Positions 9,492 to 18,922 of a DNA stretch of 64,000 nt are shown here, piece after piece. The notes beneath the pieces are model-generated. The model made no database searches. It had not been told where the DNA came from and saw only the letters and a list, made by a program, of their open reading frames with translations. Source of the DNA: a bacterium (GTDB lineage Bacteria; CG2-30-53-67); NCBI GenBank assembly GCA_919901565.1, contig CAKKPE010000014.1:37908-101907 (forward strand), written 5' to 3'. Numbering within the stretch: the stretch's first letter is position 1; each line of letters begins with the position of its first letter. The translations under genes were made by a program, and so were the position numbers.

Positions 9492-9526
9492 TTCTTTCTC
9501 CCTTTTTTAACACGTATCGAAGTCAA

Positions 9527-9555
9527 ATAGTATACTATGCATATACATGTGTCAA
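9527..9555 (-). promoter_or_regulatory. Putative sigma-70 promoter of the TA pair
   Basis: The minus strand reads ttgaca-N17-tactat. The spacer contains the palindrome tatgcata, a possible operator. Confidence 0.35.
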
Positions 9556-9625
9556 TTTAAAAGAATAATCATGACACCGATTAGTGGAGAATCAGATTGT
9601 CATAGAAAAAAAACCGTCTCTTTCC

Positions 9626-11848
9626 CTACGCCGGTTTGAAAAAGACCGCTCCGAGGGGAGGAATCACGATCTCTATGGAGCAAGGTTTGCCGTGCCAGGG
9701 GATCGGCTCGGAGTGGACCCCGCCCCCGTTTCCCAGGTTGCTCCCGCCGTAGAGGCTGGACTCGCTGTTGAGGACCTCGCGGTAATAACGGTGTTCGGGT
9801 ACACCCACACGGTAGGACCACCGCGGCACGGGTGTGAAATTGCACACCACCACGATATAGTCATGCCAGTCTCTGGCGCGCCGGATGAACGAAACGATGC
9901 TGTTTTCCGTGTCGTGCAGATCGATCCACTCAAATCCCTGATGTTCAAAGTCGACCTGGTGAAGGGCAGGTTCCCCGACGTAGAGCCGGTTGATGTCCCT
10001 GACGTAGTTCTGCAGGCGCTTGTGCTCCATGAAGCCGGTCAAATGCCAGTCCAGGCTCTGGTCGTGCTTCCATTCGTCCCACTGGCCGAACTCTCCGCCC
10101 ATGAACAGCAGTTTCTTCCCCGGATGGCCGTACATGAACCCGTAGTAGAGTCTGAGATTGGCCATCTTCTGCCAAACGTCGCCCGGCATCTTGCTGAGTA
10201 TCGACCGTTTCCCGTGGACCACCTCGTCGTGGGACAGAACCAGCACGAAGTTCTCGGTAAAGGCATAAAGGAGCCCGAAGGTGAGGTTGTTCTGGTGATA
10301 CTTGCGGTGGACCGCATCCCTGGAAATATACGACAGGGTGTCGTTCATCCACCCCATGTTCCACTTCAGATCGAAGCCGAGACCGCCGAGGTAAACCGGC
10401 CTCGACACAGCGGGCCAGGCCGTGGACTCCTCCGCAATGGTAAGGATCCCCGGATAGTACTGGTGAACGACCTCATTGAATTTTTTCAGAAAATCGATGG
10501 CCTCCAGATTCTCATTCCCCCCGAATTCATTCGGGATCCACTCTCCGGGCTTCCTCGAGTAGTCCAGGTAGATCATGGAGGCGACGGCATCGACCCTCAG
10601 GCCGTCGATGTGGTACTTCTCAAACCAGAACAGGGCATTGGAGATGAGAAAGTTTCTCACCTCGTTTCGGCCGTAATTGAAGATCAGGGTCCCCCAGTCG
10701 CGGTGCTCGCCCCTGCGCCAGTCCTGGTGTTCATAAAGACAGGTCCCGTCAAAGAAGCCGAGCCCATGTCCGTCCTTGGGGAAATGCGCCGGCACCCAGT
10801 CGAGAATCACGCCGATCCCGCTCTGATGGCACTGGTCGACAAAATACATGAAGTCATCCGGGCTGCCGTGCCGGCTGGTCGGCGCAAAATATCCGATGGC
10901 CTGATATCCCCACGAGGCGTCGAGAGGGTGTTCGTTCACGGGAAGGAGTTCAATATGGGTATAGCCCATCTCCTTGACATAGGGGACCAGCAACTGGGCC
11001 AGTTCCCGATAGGTAAGCATACGGTTATCTTCTTCGGGTTTCCTGGCCCACGAACCGAGGTGGACCTCGTAGGTTGCGATGGGTGATTCGAACCAGTTGG
11101 TCTGCGGCCGCTCCGCCATCCAGTCCTCGTCCTTCCACGGGTGTTTGCTGATATCACAGACCACGGAGGCGCTCTTGGGCCTCTGCTCAAAACGGAATCC
11201 GTAGGGATCGGCCTTGACCGCCTCGTAGTCTTTATATTTCGACCGGATAAAAAACTTGTAGATCTCCCCCTCGCCGAGGCCCGGGATGAAGATCTCCCAG
11301 ATGCCTGATGAGTCGAGAAAACGCATGGGATGCCTTCGGTTGTCCCAGCGGTTGAAGTCCCCGATCAGACTGACGTAGTTTGCGTTCGGCGCCCAGACGG
11401 CAAAATGCACGCCTCGTACCCCGTTGATTTCCGTGGTATGGGCCCCGATCTTCTCATACTTCTGGTAATGGCTCCCTTCGCCGATCAGATGGAGATCGTA
11501 GTCCGTGAGCACCTGTCCAAAGGAGTAAGGGTCTTTGAACTCCAGCACTTCACCTTCCCGGGTTTCCACCCTGAAACTGTAGGGGAAGATCCGGCCCCTG
11601 GGAAATCGGGCGAGGAAAAATCCCTGTGGATCGATCCTCTCCATGGGATGCCGCGCCCTGGTCTTTTCCTCGATCACCCACGCCTGCGCCGCCTCCGGAA
11701 GGAAGGCCGTGACCTCGATGCCCTGCTGCGGTCCCTCTCCTGCCATGTGCATGCCGAGCACGGCAAAGGGGTCCCCATGCCGGCCCTGGGTAATCAGCGC
11801 CAGATCCTTTTCCAATGAAATACAGGGTGCATCCACTCGTTGCTGCAT
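9626..11848 (-). CDS. glgB: 1,4-alpha-glucan branching enzyme
   Basis: The full length matches the GlgB pattern (GDPFAVLGMH, alpha-amylase catalytic region). ATG at 11848 is preferred over the tracked GTG at 11860, which lies inside a repeat element. Confidence 0.95.
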   Translation of the reverse strand: MQQRVDAPCISLEKDLALITQGRHGDPFAVLGMHMAGEGPQQGIEVTAFLPEAAQAWVIEEKTRARHPMERIDPQGFFLARFPRGRIFPYSFRVETREGEVLEFKDPYSFGQVLTDYDLHLIGEGSHYQKYEKIGAHTTEINGVRGVHFAVWAPNANYVSLIGDFNRWDNRRHPMRFLDSSGIWEIFIPGLGEGEIYKFFIRSKYKDYEAVKADPYGFRFEQRPKSASVVCDISKHPWKDEDWMAERPQTNWFESPIATYEVHLGSWARKPEEDNRMLTYRELAQLLVPYVKEMGYTHIELLPVNEHPLDASWGYQAIGYFAPTSRHGSPDDFMYFVDQCHQSGIGVILDWVPAHFPKDGHGLGFFDGTCLYEHQDWRRGEHRDWGTLIFNYGRNEVRNFLISNALFWFEKYHIDGLRVDAVASMIYLDYSRKPGEWIPNEFGGNENLEAIDFLKKFNEVVHQYYPGILTIAEESTAWPAVSRPVYLGGLGFDLKWNMGWMNDTLSYISRDAVHRKYHQNNLTFGLLYAFTENFVLVLSHDEVVHGKRSILSKMPGDVWQKMANLRLYYGFMYGHPGKKLLFMGGEFGQWDEWKHDQSLDWHLTGFMEHKRLQNYVRDINRLYVGEPALHQVDFEHQGFEWIDLHDTENSIVSFIRRARDWHDYIVVVCNFTPVPRWSYRVGVPEHRYYREVLNSESSLYGGSNLGNGGGVHSEPIPWHGKPCSIEIVIPPLGAVFFKPA

Positions 11849-11859
11849 CACTCGTCTCA

Positions 11860-12029
11860 CTTAGTGGCCCTATTCGTAAATACGGTGGCATTCGAGTGCC
11901 GTAGGGCGCTCTCCTCTGCGTTGCGCTCCTTGCGGTGTACCAGAGGGGTACGCCTCAGTCGCGCTCCTTGATGAGACCGCCCTACGACCCTCTCGGTACG
12001 TCACCATATTTACGAACAGGACCACTTAG
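11860..12029. repeat. 170 bp palindromic MITE-like element, family C, copy 1
   Basis: About 26 bp imperfect TIRs (cttagtggccctattcgtaaatacgg / ccatatttacgaacaggaccacttag). By eye it is about 90% identical to 25163-25333. Confidence 0.85.
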
Positions 12030-12187
12030 ATTGCCGTACAAACCCGGTCAAATCTGCATACAGAATGCCACCAATTCCATCGGATAGCAAGAAATACCGT
12101 AACTTATTTCTTTTCAACGGGATATCCGGCCTTTTCCCATTCGTTCCACCCGCCTTTCAGGGCGGGGGACGGAAGGACGGATATCCC

Positions 12188-12216
12188 TTGACATCACCAT
12201 GGCCGCATCCTATGCT
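12188..12216 (+). promoter_or_regulatory. Putative sigma-70 promoter
   Basis: ttgaca-N17-tatgct, about 75 nt upstream of the ATG at 12293. Confidence 0.4.
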
Positions 12217-12292
12217 TTATCCGGTCAATCAAAGATTGAATAAAAACATCAAAACCATCTCCTGAACCGGTTGCCTTGAGCCTGATGACGAT

Positions 12293-13552
12293 ATGATCCT
12301 GACCGCAGACTGCATCCTTCCTGTCTCTTCCCCTCCCCTGCACCATGGTGCGGTGGCCATCCAGGGTTCGAAGATCCTGGATGTGGGCGACATGGAATCC
12401 ATCTGCCGCAGGTATCCTGACCTTCCGCTGCGGGAACTCAAGGGATGTGTGCTGATGCCGGGGTTGGTCAATGCCCACACGCACCTGGAGCTGACCCTGC
12501 TGAGGGACCGCCTCTCCACCGTGGACGACTTCATCTCCTGGCTTCTCGCCCTGATCCCGGCAAAAATGAAAATGACCCCGGATGAGATTGAAGAATCCAT
12601 CCGGACCGGAGCGGAGCAAAGCCTGTCTTCTGGCACGACCTGTATCGGAGAGATCACCAATACCCTGTCCAGCCCCCGAATCCTGGGGGAGAAAGGCCTC
12701 CGTGGCGTGGTCTTCCTCGAGGTCCTGGGCAGGAACCATATAGACCCTGACGAGTGGGGGGATGAGGTCATCCGCAGACTCAGGGCCTTTGAGCATGATC
12801 CTTCCGGACGCATCACCATGGGCATCTCCCCGCACACGCCCTATACCCTCTCCGTGGATCGGCTTCAGGTGCTCTCCGGACTTTTGAGAAAAGAATCCCT
12901 GCCGTATACCATCCATGTATCCGAGTCCCGCGAAGAACAGGAATACTTCCTTGAGCAGAGCGGCGGTTTCAAGTCCCGCCTGTTCCCGGCCGTGGGATGG
13001 CAGGATCATCCTGACCCCATCGGGGCTCTCTCCCCGCTCCTGTACCTGGACAGGTTCGGGCTGGTCACGGACCGTCTCCTGATCGCGCACGGGGTGTACC
13101 TTTCCCCCGAAGACATGGACCGGATCAGGGAGGCAGGGGCCAGGGTGGTGATCTGTGCCGGGAGCAACCAGATGCTCGGTGTGGGCCGGCCTCCCATCAG
13201 ATCACTGATGCAGAAAAATATCCCTGTGGCGCTGGGAACGGACAGCCTGGCCAGCAACACATCGCTTTCACTCTGGGATGAGATGCGGCATGTTTACGCC
13301 CTGGTCAAGGATGCACCACCCATAACCGCGGATTCCGTCCTGAGCATGGCCACGCTGGGCGGGGCCCAAGGGCTGGGGCTTGCTTCGGACATTGGATCCA
13401 TCGAACCGGCCAAGGAGGCCGATCTGATCGCTGTGGAATGGGAAGAGCCGCGCGGAGATGACCCGGCCACGGACCTGATCAGCCGGACACAGGACCGTCA
13501 TATCCGTATGGTGATGGTAGGAGGGAGGATAGTAAAGAATAAGAAGATATAG
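12293..13552 (+). CDS. Metal-dependent amidohydrolase (nucleoside/aminodeoxyfutalosine deaminase-like)
   Basis: LMPGLVNAHTHLE HxH motif and overall chlorohydrolase/deaminase family layout. Confidence 0.8.
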   Translation: MILTADCILPVSSPPLHHGAVAIQGSKILDVGDMESICRRYPDLPLRELKGCVLMPGLVNAHTHLELTLLRDRLSTVDDFISWLLALIPAKMKMTPDEIEESIRTGAEQSLSSGTTCIGEITNTLSSPRILGEKGLRGVVFLEVLGRNHIDPDEWGDEVIRRLRAFEHDPSGRITMGISPHTPYTLSVDRLQVLSGLLRKESLPYTIHVSESREEQEYFLEQSGGFKSRLFPAVGWQDHPDPIGALSPLLYLDRFGLVTDRLLIAHGVYLSPEDMDRIREAGARVVICAGSNQMLGVGRPPIRSLMQKNIPVALGTDSLASNTSLSLWDEMRHVYALVKDAPPITADSVLSMATLGGAQGLGLASDIGSIEPAKEADLIAVEWEEPRGDDPATDLISRTQDRHIRMVMVGGRIVKNKKI

Positions 13553-13556
13553 GGGT

Positions 13557-15056
13557 TCAAGGGGTCAACCTCGTGGGATCTTTGTAGAAGATTGGATTGG
13601 TGACAATCTTATATTTGTCCGCCCTGACCACGACCCGGATATATCCTTTGGCCCTGGTTGCAGGGATATCCTGTGTAATGTTTAGAGGGGTCATCCCTTC
13701 GAGGGTGTACAGGGCATTCCCCGAATCGATGATCTCGATCCTGACCGGCACCGAGGCCGCATCACTCAAGCTTACGACGATGTGGAGGCTCATAGGGTCT
13801 CCTCGGGCTTCCACGGTACCTCCGGACATGGCCGCACCATCCTCATGGTTCTGCGAAGCCATGGAGAAGTCATCCAACCGTATCCTGGCCGTTCCCCCCT
13901 GATACACGGCATACATCCTGCCGTTGCGCATGGCGTCCAGGACTTGTTCACGGGTCTTTTCTCGGACCCAGAATATGGTCTCTCCCCTGTCCAGATAGGA
14001 CCACGAGTTCTGCCCTTGCTTGTGGAAGTCTAAGCCGCAGAACCCCCAAGCCGGTTTCTCCCTTACCCCGTCACAGTATCGGATCAGAACCTGGTCCCAC
14101 TCCCTGCCCGGTTCCGTGGCATGGATCGTATCCCCGTAAAGGGATTCAAACCCGGTATAGCCATTTGTCCTGATGAGATCGGACGGGTGCTTCTCCGTAA
14201 CCATGAAGACTTTGGGAAGTTTGAATCCCGCTATTTTTTTATCCGGAGCGGCTTCGGAAGCCCCGTAGTTCGCTTCGGGATGAGCCCAGAAGGTCATGCC
14301 TCCGTGCGAGTCCGCATAATCAATGACTTCCTGGAAGGGGCCTGTCCCCTGGTCCCCATGATAGGGGTCGAAAAGCGAGCTCTTGAACGGGTGGGCATCC
14401 CATGCCCCCAGTATCCCGAGGACAAGGAAAATCCTCCCTGCGGTTTTGAAGATCCCCTTCCAGGTGATCAGGACCAGGCTTAGCAGAATGATCCCGGTAA
14501 AGAAAAGGAACCGGGGGAGCAGCTGCATGACATAATGGGTCGAGAATCCGTTCTCAAGAATGGGGAGGCGCTCGATATCCTCAGGCCTGGTGAGACCTAT
14601 CACATGGATATGCTTCCTCAATCCGTGGACAGTCAGGTCCCCCTTCCAGATTGACCCGGTCCAGTAATAAAACGGGGCGGATTCAATGCCAGGGATGAGG
14701 ATCATGTCCTTGTTTTCGGCATCGATCTTGTTGACCGCCTCAAGATATTTACGGGCGCCCTGTTTCAGGACCGAGTTCCGTGAAAAAGTCATGGAGAGGA
14801 GGTGACGGAACGGCGGGACCCCGTAGGACAGGGCGATATTGTCGTGGTCGGTCAAAACGATCACGTCCAGTCCGCCTTTCCTGCCCATCTCGACCAGATC
14901 GGAAAGGGTATGGTCTCCGCTGCTGAATTCCGAGGAATGGACATGCACGGCGCCGGTCAGGGGTATCCAGCTCTCGGCATGGGCCGCGCGGCATGGAGTT
15001 ATGATCCAAAGCACCGCACACAAACAGTAAAAAACCTGGATCATGCATCGTTTCAT
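13557..15056 (-). CDS. PHP-domain metallophosphoesterase-like protein with signal peptide and internal TM region
   Basis: GAVHVHSSEFSSGDHT...VIVLTDHDN PHP motifs. There is a 4 nt overlap with the upstream gene. Confidence 0.7.
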   Translation of the reverse strand: MKRCMIQVFYCLCAVLWIITPCRAAHAESWIPLTGAVHVHSSEFSSGDHTLSDLVEMGRKGGLDVIVLTDHDNIALSYGVPPFRHLLSMTFSRNSVLKQGARKYLEAVNKIDAENKDMILIPGIESAPFYYWTGSIWKGDLTVHGLRKHIHVIGLTRPEDIERLPILENGFSTHYVMQLLPRFLFFTGIILLSLVLITWKGIFKTAGRIFLVLGILGAWDAHPFKSSLFDPYHGDQGTGPFQEVIDYADSHGGMTFWAHPEANYGASEAAPDKKIAGFKLPKVFMVTEKHPSDLIRTNGYTGFESLYGDTIHATEPGREWDQVLIRYCDGVREKPAWGFCGLDFHKQGQNSWSYLDRGETIFWVREKTREQVLDAMRNGRMYAVYQGGTARIRLDDFSMASQNHEDGAAMSGGTVEARGDPMSLHIVVSLSDAASVPVRIEIIDSGNALYTLEGMTPLNITQDIPATRAKGYIRVVVRADKYKIVTNPIFYKDPTRLTP

Positions 15057-16591
15057 GAAACCTCCATGGCATCGCGCAGAAGGTCGTGGACCAGCCCCTG
15101 GTTTCCCGGATAATCAACGGCACGAATCTTCATCTCGATCTCCCGGTCTGATACCGGGTCAAAGAGATCGGCCTTCATGTTCTCAAAGATGGTCTTCAAC
15201 CGCTCGATCAGGTATTCCTTGCCCTGCCCCTTCTCCGGGGTCAGGATCACGAAGGATTCATCCCCGAGAAACGAGACCAGGTCGCTGGACCGGATATTAT
15301 CCTGGAAGATCTGTCCCACGGCCCTGAACCGCTGCCGCCTTACCTCGTTGGTCTTGAACCGGTTCAGAAAAGGGATGAACCCCTTGATCTCAAAGATCAG
15401 GAGCGAGAAGTTCCGCTTGTCATAACGGTCACAGCTGTTGATCTCCTCAATGACTCTGCGGGTGAAATACCGGTAGCTGCTGAGTCCGGTCTCCTCGTCT
15501 ACCATGGATTCTTTTTCTGATTGGCGCAGACGGACAGACATCTTCTCCTCGATGAATGCGAGGGTCTTGATCCCGAGCATGATCCCCATGGCAATCAGGA
15601 TAAGGATGATCAGCGTGTAATCCGCGGGAATCAGGGTCAGGACGAATGCCGTGATGCCCAGATGGATGCAGAAGAAGTAGATCAGGAGAACCACGTTCTT
15701 TTCACTGATGCCGAGCCTGACCATCCGGTGGTGAAGGTGCTCGTGGTCTGCGGAAAAGATATTCCGGTTGACCCTGCTCCGCCGGGCCACGGCCATCAGG
15801 GTATCGAGAACCGGGAGCGCCAGGGCGGAGAGCGGAATTAAAAAAGCCATGACTGTGGCGCTCTTCTGTATGCCGTGGACCCCGATCACCGAGAGGGCAA
15901 AACCGAGGAACATGCTCCCCGCGTCTCCGAGAAAGATCCGTGCCGGAAAAAAATTATGGTGAAGAAATCCCAGGCAGCTCCCGGCCATGATGGCCGTGAT
16001 GACCATGTCCAGGGGATCATTGCGATTGATCGCCACAGCAAAGAGTGTCACGCAGACAATAAAGGCAACGCCAGCGGCCAGGCCGTCCAGGCCGTCGATC
16101 AGGTTCATGGCGTTGACCATGCTGACGACCCAGATCACCGTAAGAATCCCGCCCATGACCGCGCCAAAATGGATCTCTCCGCCGAACGGATTGGTCAGGA
16201 CCTCGATCCGGAAGCCCAGGACGGCGAGGACCGTCCCTGCCGCGGCCTGCCCGAGGAGCTTCAGTCCGGGACGGATTGAACGGATATCATCGATCAGGCC
16301 GGTGATCAGGATGATGCCTCCACCCAGAGAAAAACCGAGCATGAGCCTGCGCGGCTCAAGAGGGATATCAAGGGCATAATAATAATAGACTGCCATGAAA
16401 ACCAGGAGGAAAGAGAGGAAGATGGCAACGCCCCCGAAGTAAGGGATATTCCTGGTATGGATCTTCCTCCCGCCCGGACGATCCACACATCCCAACCGGA
16501 GGGCCAGCCGCCCGGCAAGGGGGGTCAGACCCCATGAGATAAGGAGCGCTGAACCAAAAAGTACGGGATAAAGGACCCAATTATCCATCAT
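15053..16591 (-). CDS. WecA/MraY-family polyprenyl-phosphate sugar-1-phosphate transferase fused to a degenerate GGDEF domain
   Basis: The N-terminal ~345 aa are polytopic with the NAMNLIDGLDGLA motif. The C-terminal ~155 aa show the GGDEF fold pattern (DEETGLSSYRYF...RSSDLVSFLGDESF). Confidence 0.85.
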   Translation of the reverse strand: MMDNWVLYPVLFGSALLISWGLTPLAGRLALRLGCVDRPGGRKIHTRNIPYFGGVAIFLSFLLVFMAVYYYYALDIPLEPRRLMLGFSLGGGIILITGLIDDIRSIRPGLKLLGQAAAGTVLAVLGFRIEVLTNPFGGEIHFGAVMGGILTVIWVVSMVNAMNLIDGLDGLAAGVAFIVCVTLFAVAINRNDPLDMVITAIMAGSCLGFLHHNFFPARIFLGDAGSMFLGFALSVIGVHGIQKSATVMAFLIPLSALALPVLDTLMAVARRSRVNRNIFSADHEHLHHRMVRLGISEKNVVLLIYFFCIHLGITAFVLTLIPADYTLIILILIAMGIMLGIKTLAFIEEKMSVRLRQSEKESMVDEETGLSSYRYFTRRVIEEINSCDRYDKRNFSLLIFEIKGFIPFLNRFKTNEVRRQRFRAVGQIFQDNIRSSDLVSFLGDESFVILTPEKGQGKEYLIERLKTIFENMKADLFDPVSDREIEMKIRAVDYPGNQGLVHDLLRDAMEVS

Positions 16592-16592
16592 G

Positions 16593-17822
16593 TCAACCGA
16601 CTTTCCTTTTGCGTTGTCTCTTGTTGAGAATACCGGTCAGGCGACCCGCCTGATCCGTGGCCCGGCCTTTCAGACTCAAACAGGTATCGTACAATCCCGT
16701 AATCTCACGTACCATGGTCCTTACATCGTATTTTTCATTGATTCTTTTCCGGGCAGCCTCACCCATTTTCACGGCTGATCCAGGGTCCCGCATGAGGCGG
16801 AGTACGGCTTCAGACAGAGCAGCCGGATCTCCGGACGGGACAAGGAATCCGGTGACACCGTCCACAATAACATCGGGAATCCCTCCCACACGGGAGGCCA
16901 CAACCGGCTTGCCGCAGGCCCCGGCTTCGAGGAGCACACGGCCCATGCCTTCAAAGAATGAAGGCAGGATACAGAGTTCGCATAATGAGGTGATCTCCGC
17001 AATCTTTGTCCGAAACCCTGCAAAGACCATAGACTGCTCGATCCCCAGCTTCCGGGCCAGTTCGATCAGTTTTGGTTTCAGGGGGCCTTCTCCGACCAGA
17101 AGGAGTTTCGCATCCGGTATCTCTTCCGCCACCCGTACCATGGCATGGAGAGCGATCTCATGCCCCTTCCCTTCCCAAAGTTTGGAGACAAACCCGATGA
17201 CGCGGCTCCCCTTCCCAAGCCCCAGTTCCTCCCTGAGTTTCCCCTGCTCTTCTTTCCCGTATCCATGAAACGCATCCAGGTCTATTCCGCTGTAGATTTT
17301 CGAATAGGACGTCCCCCTTAAAATTCCTTCCTCCCGGGCCCAGTCGATCATGGGCTGGGAAATAAAAATCGTATGATCCGCCCAAGGGGCTGCCAGCTTC
17401 TCCATAAGCCTGAAGATCGTGCGCCGCCACAACGGCTCGGATTGGTGAAAGGCGAAGCCGTGGACCGTATGGATGACCACCGGCGTCCCTGCAAGCTTTC
17501 CCGCCAGCCTCCCGAGGAAGCCGGCCTTGGAGTTGTGGGTATGGACAATGTCGATCTTCTCCCGCCTGATGATCCTGATGATCTCGAAGAGTGCAAGGAT
17601 ATCCTTGAGGGGATGGATCGGCTGCACCAGGTTCCGAACTTCATGGACATCCATCCCGGCTTCCCGCACGATCTCATTCAGCCGCCCGCCCGGGGCGCAG
17701 GCCAGGGCCGTTTCAAAGCGTTCGCCCGGCATCCCCTTCATAGTCAGATAGGTGTTGATCCCGGAGCCGCTGACCACGGGGAGTGTATGAACATGAAGCA
17801 CCCTGATCCTGCTCATGGGCAT
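16593..17822 (-). CDS. GT-B glycosyltransferase (family 1/4)
   Basis: IRVLHVHT N-terminus and the EGMGRVLLEAGACGKPVVASRVGGIPD EX7E region. Confidence 0.9.
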   Translation of the reverse strand: MPMSRIRVLHVHTLPVVSGSGINTYLTMKGMPGERFETALACAPGGRLNEIVREAGMDVHEVRNLVQPIHPLKDILALFEIIRIIRREKIDIVHTHNSKAGFLGRLAGKLAGTPVVIHTVHGFAFHQSEPLWRRTIFRLMEKLAAPWADHTIFISQPMIDWAREEGILRGTSYSKIYSGIDLDAFHGYGKEEQGKLREELGLGKGSRVIGFVSKLWEGKGHEIALHAMVRVAEEIPDAKLLLVGEGPLKPKLIELARKLGIEQSMVFAGFRTKIAEITSLCELCILPSFFEGMGRVLLEAGACGKPVVASRVGGIPDVIVDGVTGFLVPSGDPAALSEAVLRLMRDPGSAVKMGEAARKRINEKYDVRTMVREITGLYDTCLSLKGRATDQAGRLTGILNKRQRKRKVG

Positions 17823-18922
17823 GTCTCCTGTCTCACGGCGAGGCGCTCAACCACCTTCTGGAACACTTCTTCAGGCCGGATCTTTCTCATGCACTCCCTT
17901 TCCACGCATTCAAATGCGGTGCACGGGCTGCATTGCACGGAATGCTGGATAACCACATGAAACCCGTCGGGGCCATAGGGCCCATACCGGCCGGGGTTTC
18001 CAGGTCCGAAAAGAGCGACCACCGGCCTCCCCAGGGCCGCGGCAAGATGCATGGGGCCCGTGTCGTTTGTCACCATAAGATCACATCTCTCGATCAGGGC
18101 CGCAAGTTCCTGAATGCTGAGCCTCCCCACAAAATCGGACGGCTTTGTTTTCATCTTCATGATAACGCCGTCGGCTACGGGACGGTCTTCTTTTGCTCCG
18201 ACCAGGATGATCCTGGCGGAAATCCTTTCGGAGAGCAAGTCCCCGAGCCTGGCAAAATCTTCCTCAGGCCACCGTTTGTACGGGGCATCCCCGCCTATGT
18301 TCAGAACGATGCAGGGGCCTTCCCCGGATAAAAACCCTTCCCGGGCCAGGGCGCCTTGCACAGATACGCGGTCCCGGTCATCCACCCGGAATTCCAGGCC
18401 GCGGCCCGGGTCCAAAGCACCCAGCAGTTTGACCACGTCAAGGTTCAGCTCCACCTCGTGCCTTTGGCCATAAGACGGGTCCTCCCACGAATCCTGGATC
18501 GAGGCATCGTAGAATGTCCCTCTCCCGTCCGTGTTTCTCCCGGCCGTAAATCGTGCACCGACGGCCTTGCAAAGCGCTCTCATCCTGAATGCCCCCCTGT
18601 CGGAGAAAAGGTGATAGAGGTTGATGAGCAGATCATACTTCTTTTTCCTCAGGCCATAGAGGGTGCTGAGGATCGTCCAGAGGTCCCGCACCTTGACCCT
18701 GTTGGACATGCCCTGGGTCCGGATAACATATATATCGTCCAGATAAGGACAATTCTTTAACAGATCCGAACATTTAGGGGTTACCAGGAGATCAATGGCC
18801 GAATCAGGGAATCTCGAGCGGAGCGCCCTGAGCGCGGGCACAGCAAGAATCAGGTCACCTATACCCGCTGCCTTGACCACAAGGATCCGTTTTGGAAGAA
18901 ACACATCGCTCGCCATAATCAT
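17813..18922 (-). CDS. Glycosyltransferase family 9 (heptosyltransferase-like)
   Basis: RILVVKAAGIGDLILAVPALRAL motif. The start at 18922 forms an ATGA overlap with the asnB-like stop. Confidence 0.8.
   Translation of the reverse strand: MIMASDVFLPKRILVVKAAGIGDLILAVPALRALRSRFPDSAIDLLVTPKCSDLLKNCPYLDDIYVIRTQGMSNRVKVRDLWTILSTLYGLRKKKYDLLINLYHLFSDRGAFRMRALCKAVGARFTAGRNTDGRGTFYDASIQDSWEDPSYGQRHEVELNLDVVKLLGALDPGRGLEFRVDDRDRVSVQGALAREGFLSGEGPCIVLNIGGDAPYKRWPEEDFARLGDLLSERISARIILVGAKEDRPVADGVIMKMKTKPSDFVGRLSIQELAALIERCDLMVTNDTGPMHLAAALGRPVVALFGPGNPGRYGPYGPDGFHVVIQHSVQCSPCTAFECVERECMRKIRPEEVFQKVVERLAVRQETCP

Noticed and set aside
9584-11086. 500 aa plus-strand ORF
   Set aside because: It is the antisense shadow of glgB. 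It is Val/Pro/Gly/Arg-rich with no motifs.
11849-11860. GTG at 11860 as the glgB start codon
   Set aside because: That codon lies within the first base of the repeat element. ATG at 11848 gives an N-terminus of typical GlgB length. This remains uncertain.
11860-11864. cttag at both ends of the family C elements as a target-site duplication
   Set aside because: Both copies carry the same pentamer at both ends. It cannot be distinguished from element sequence or a fixed target preference.
12194-13090. 298 aa minus-strand ORF
   Set aside because: It is antisense to the amidohydrolase gene, which has clear HxH family motifs.
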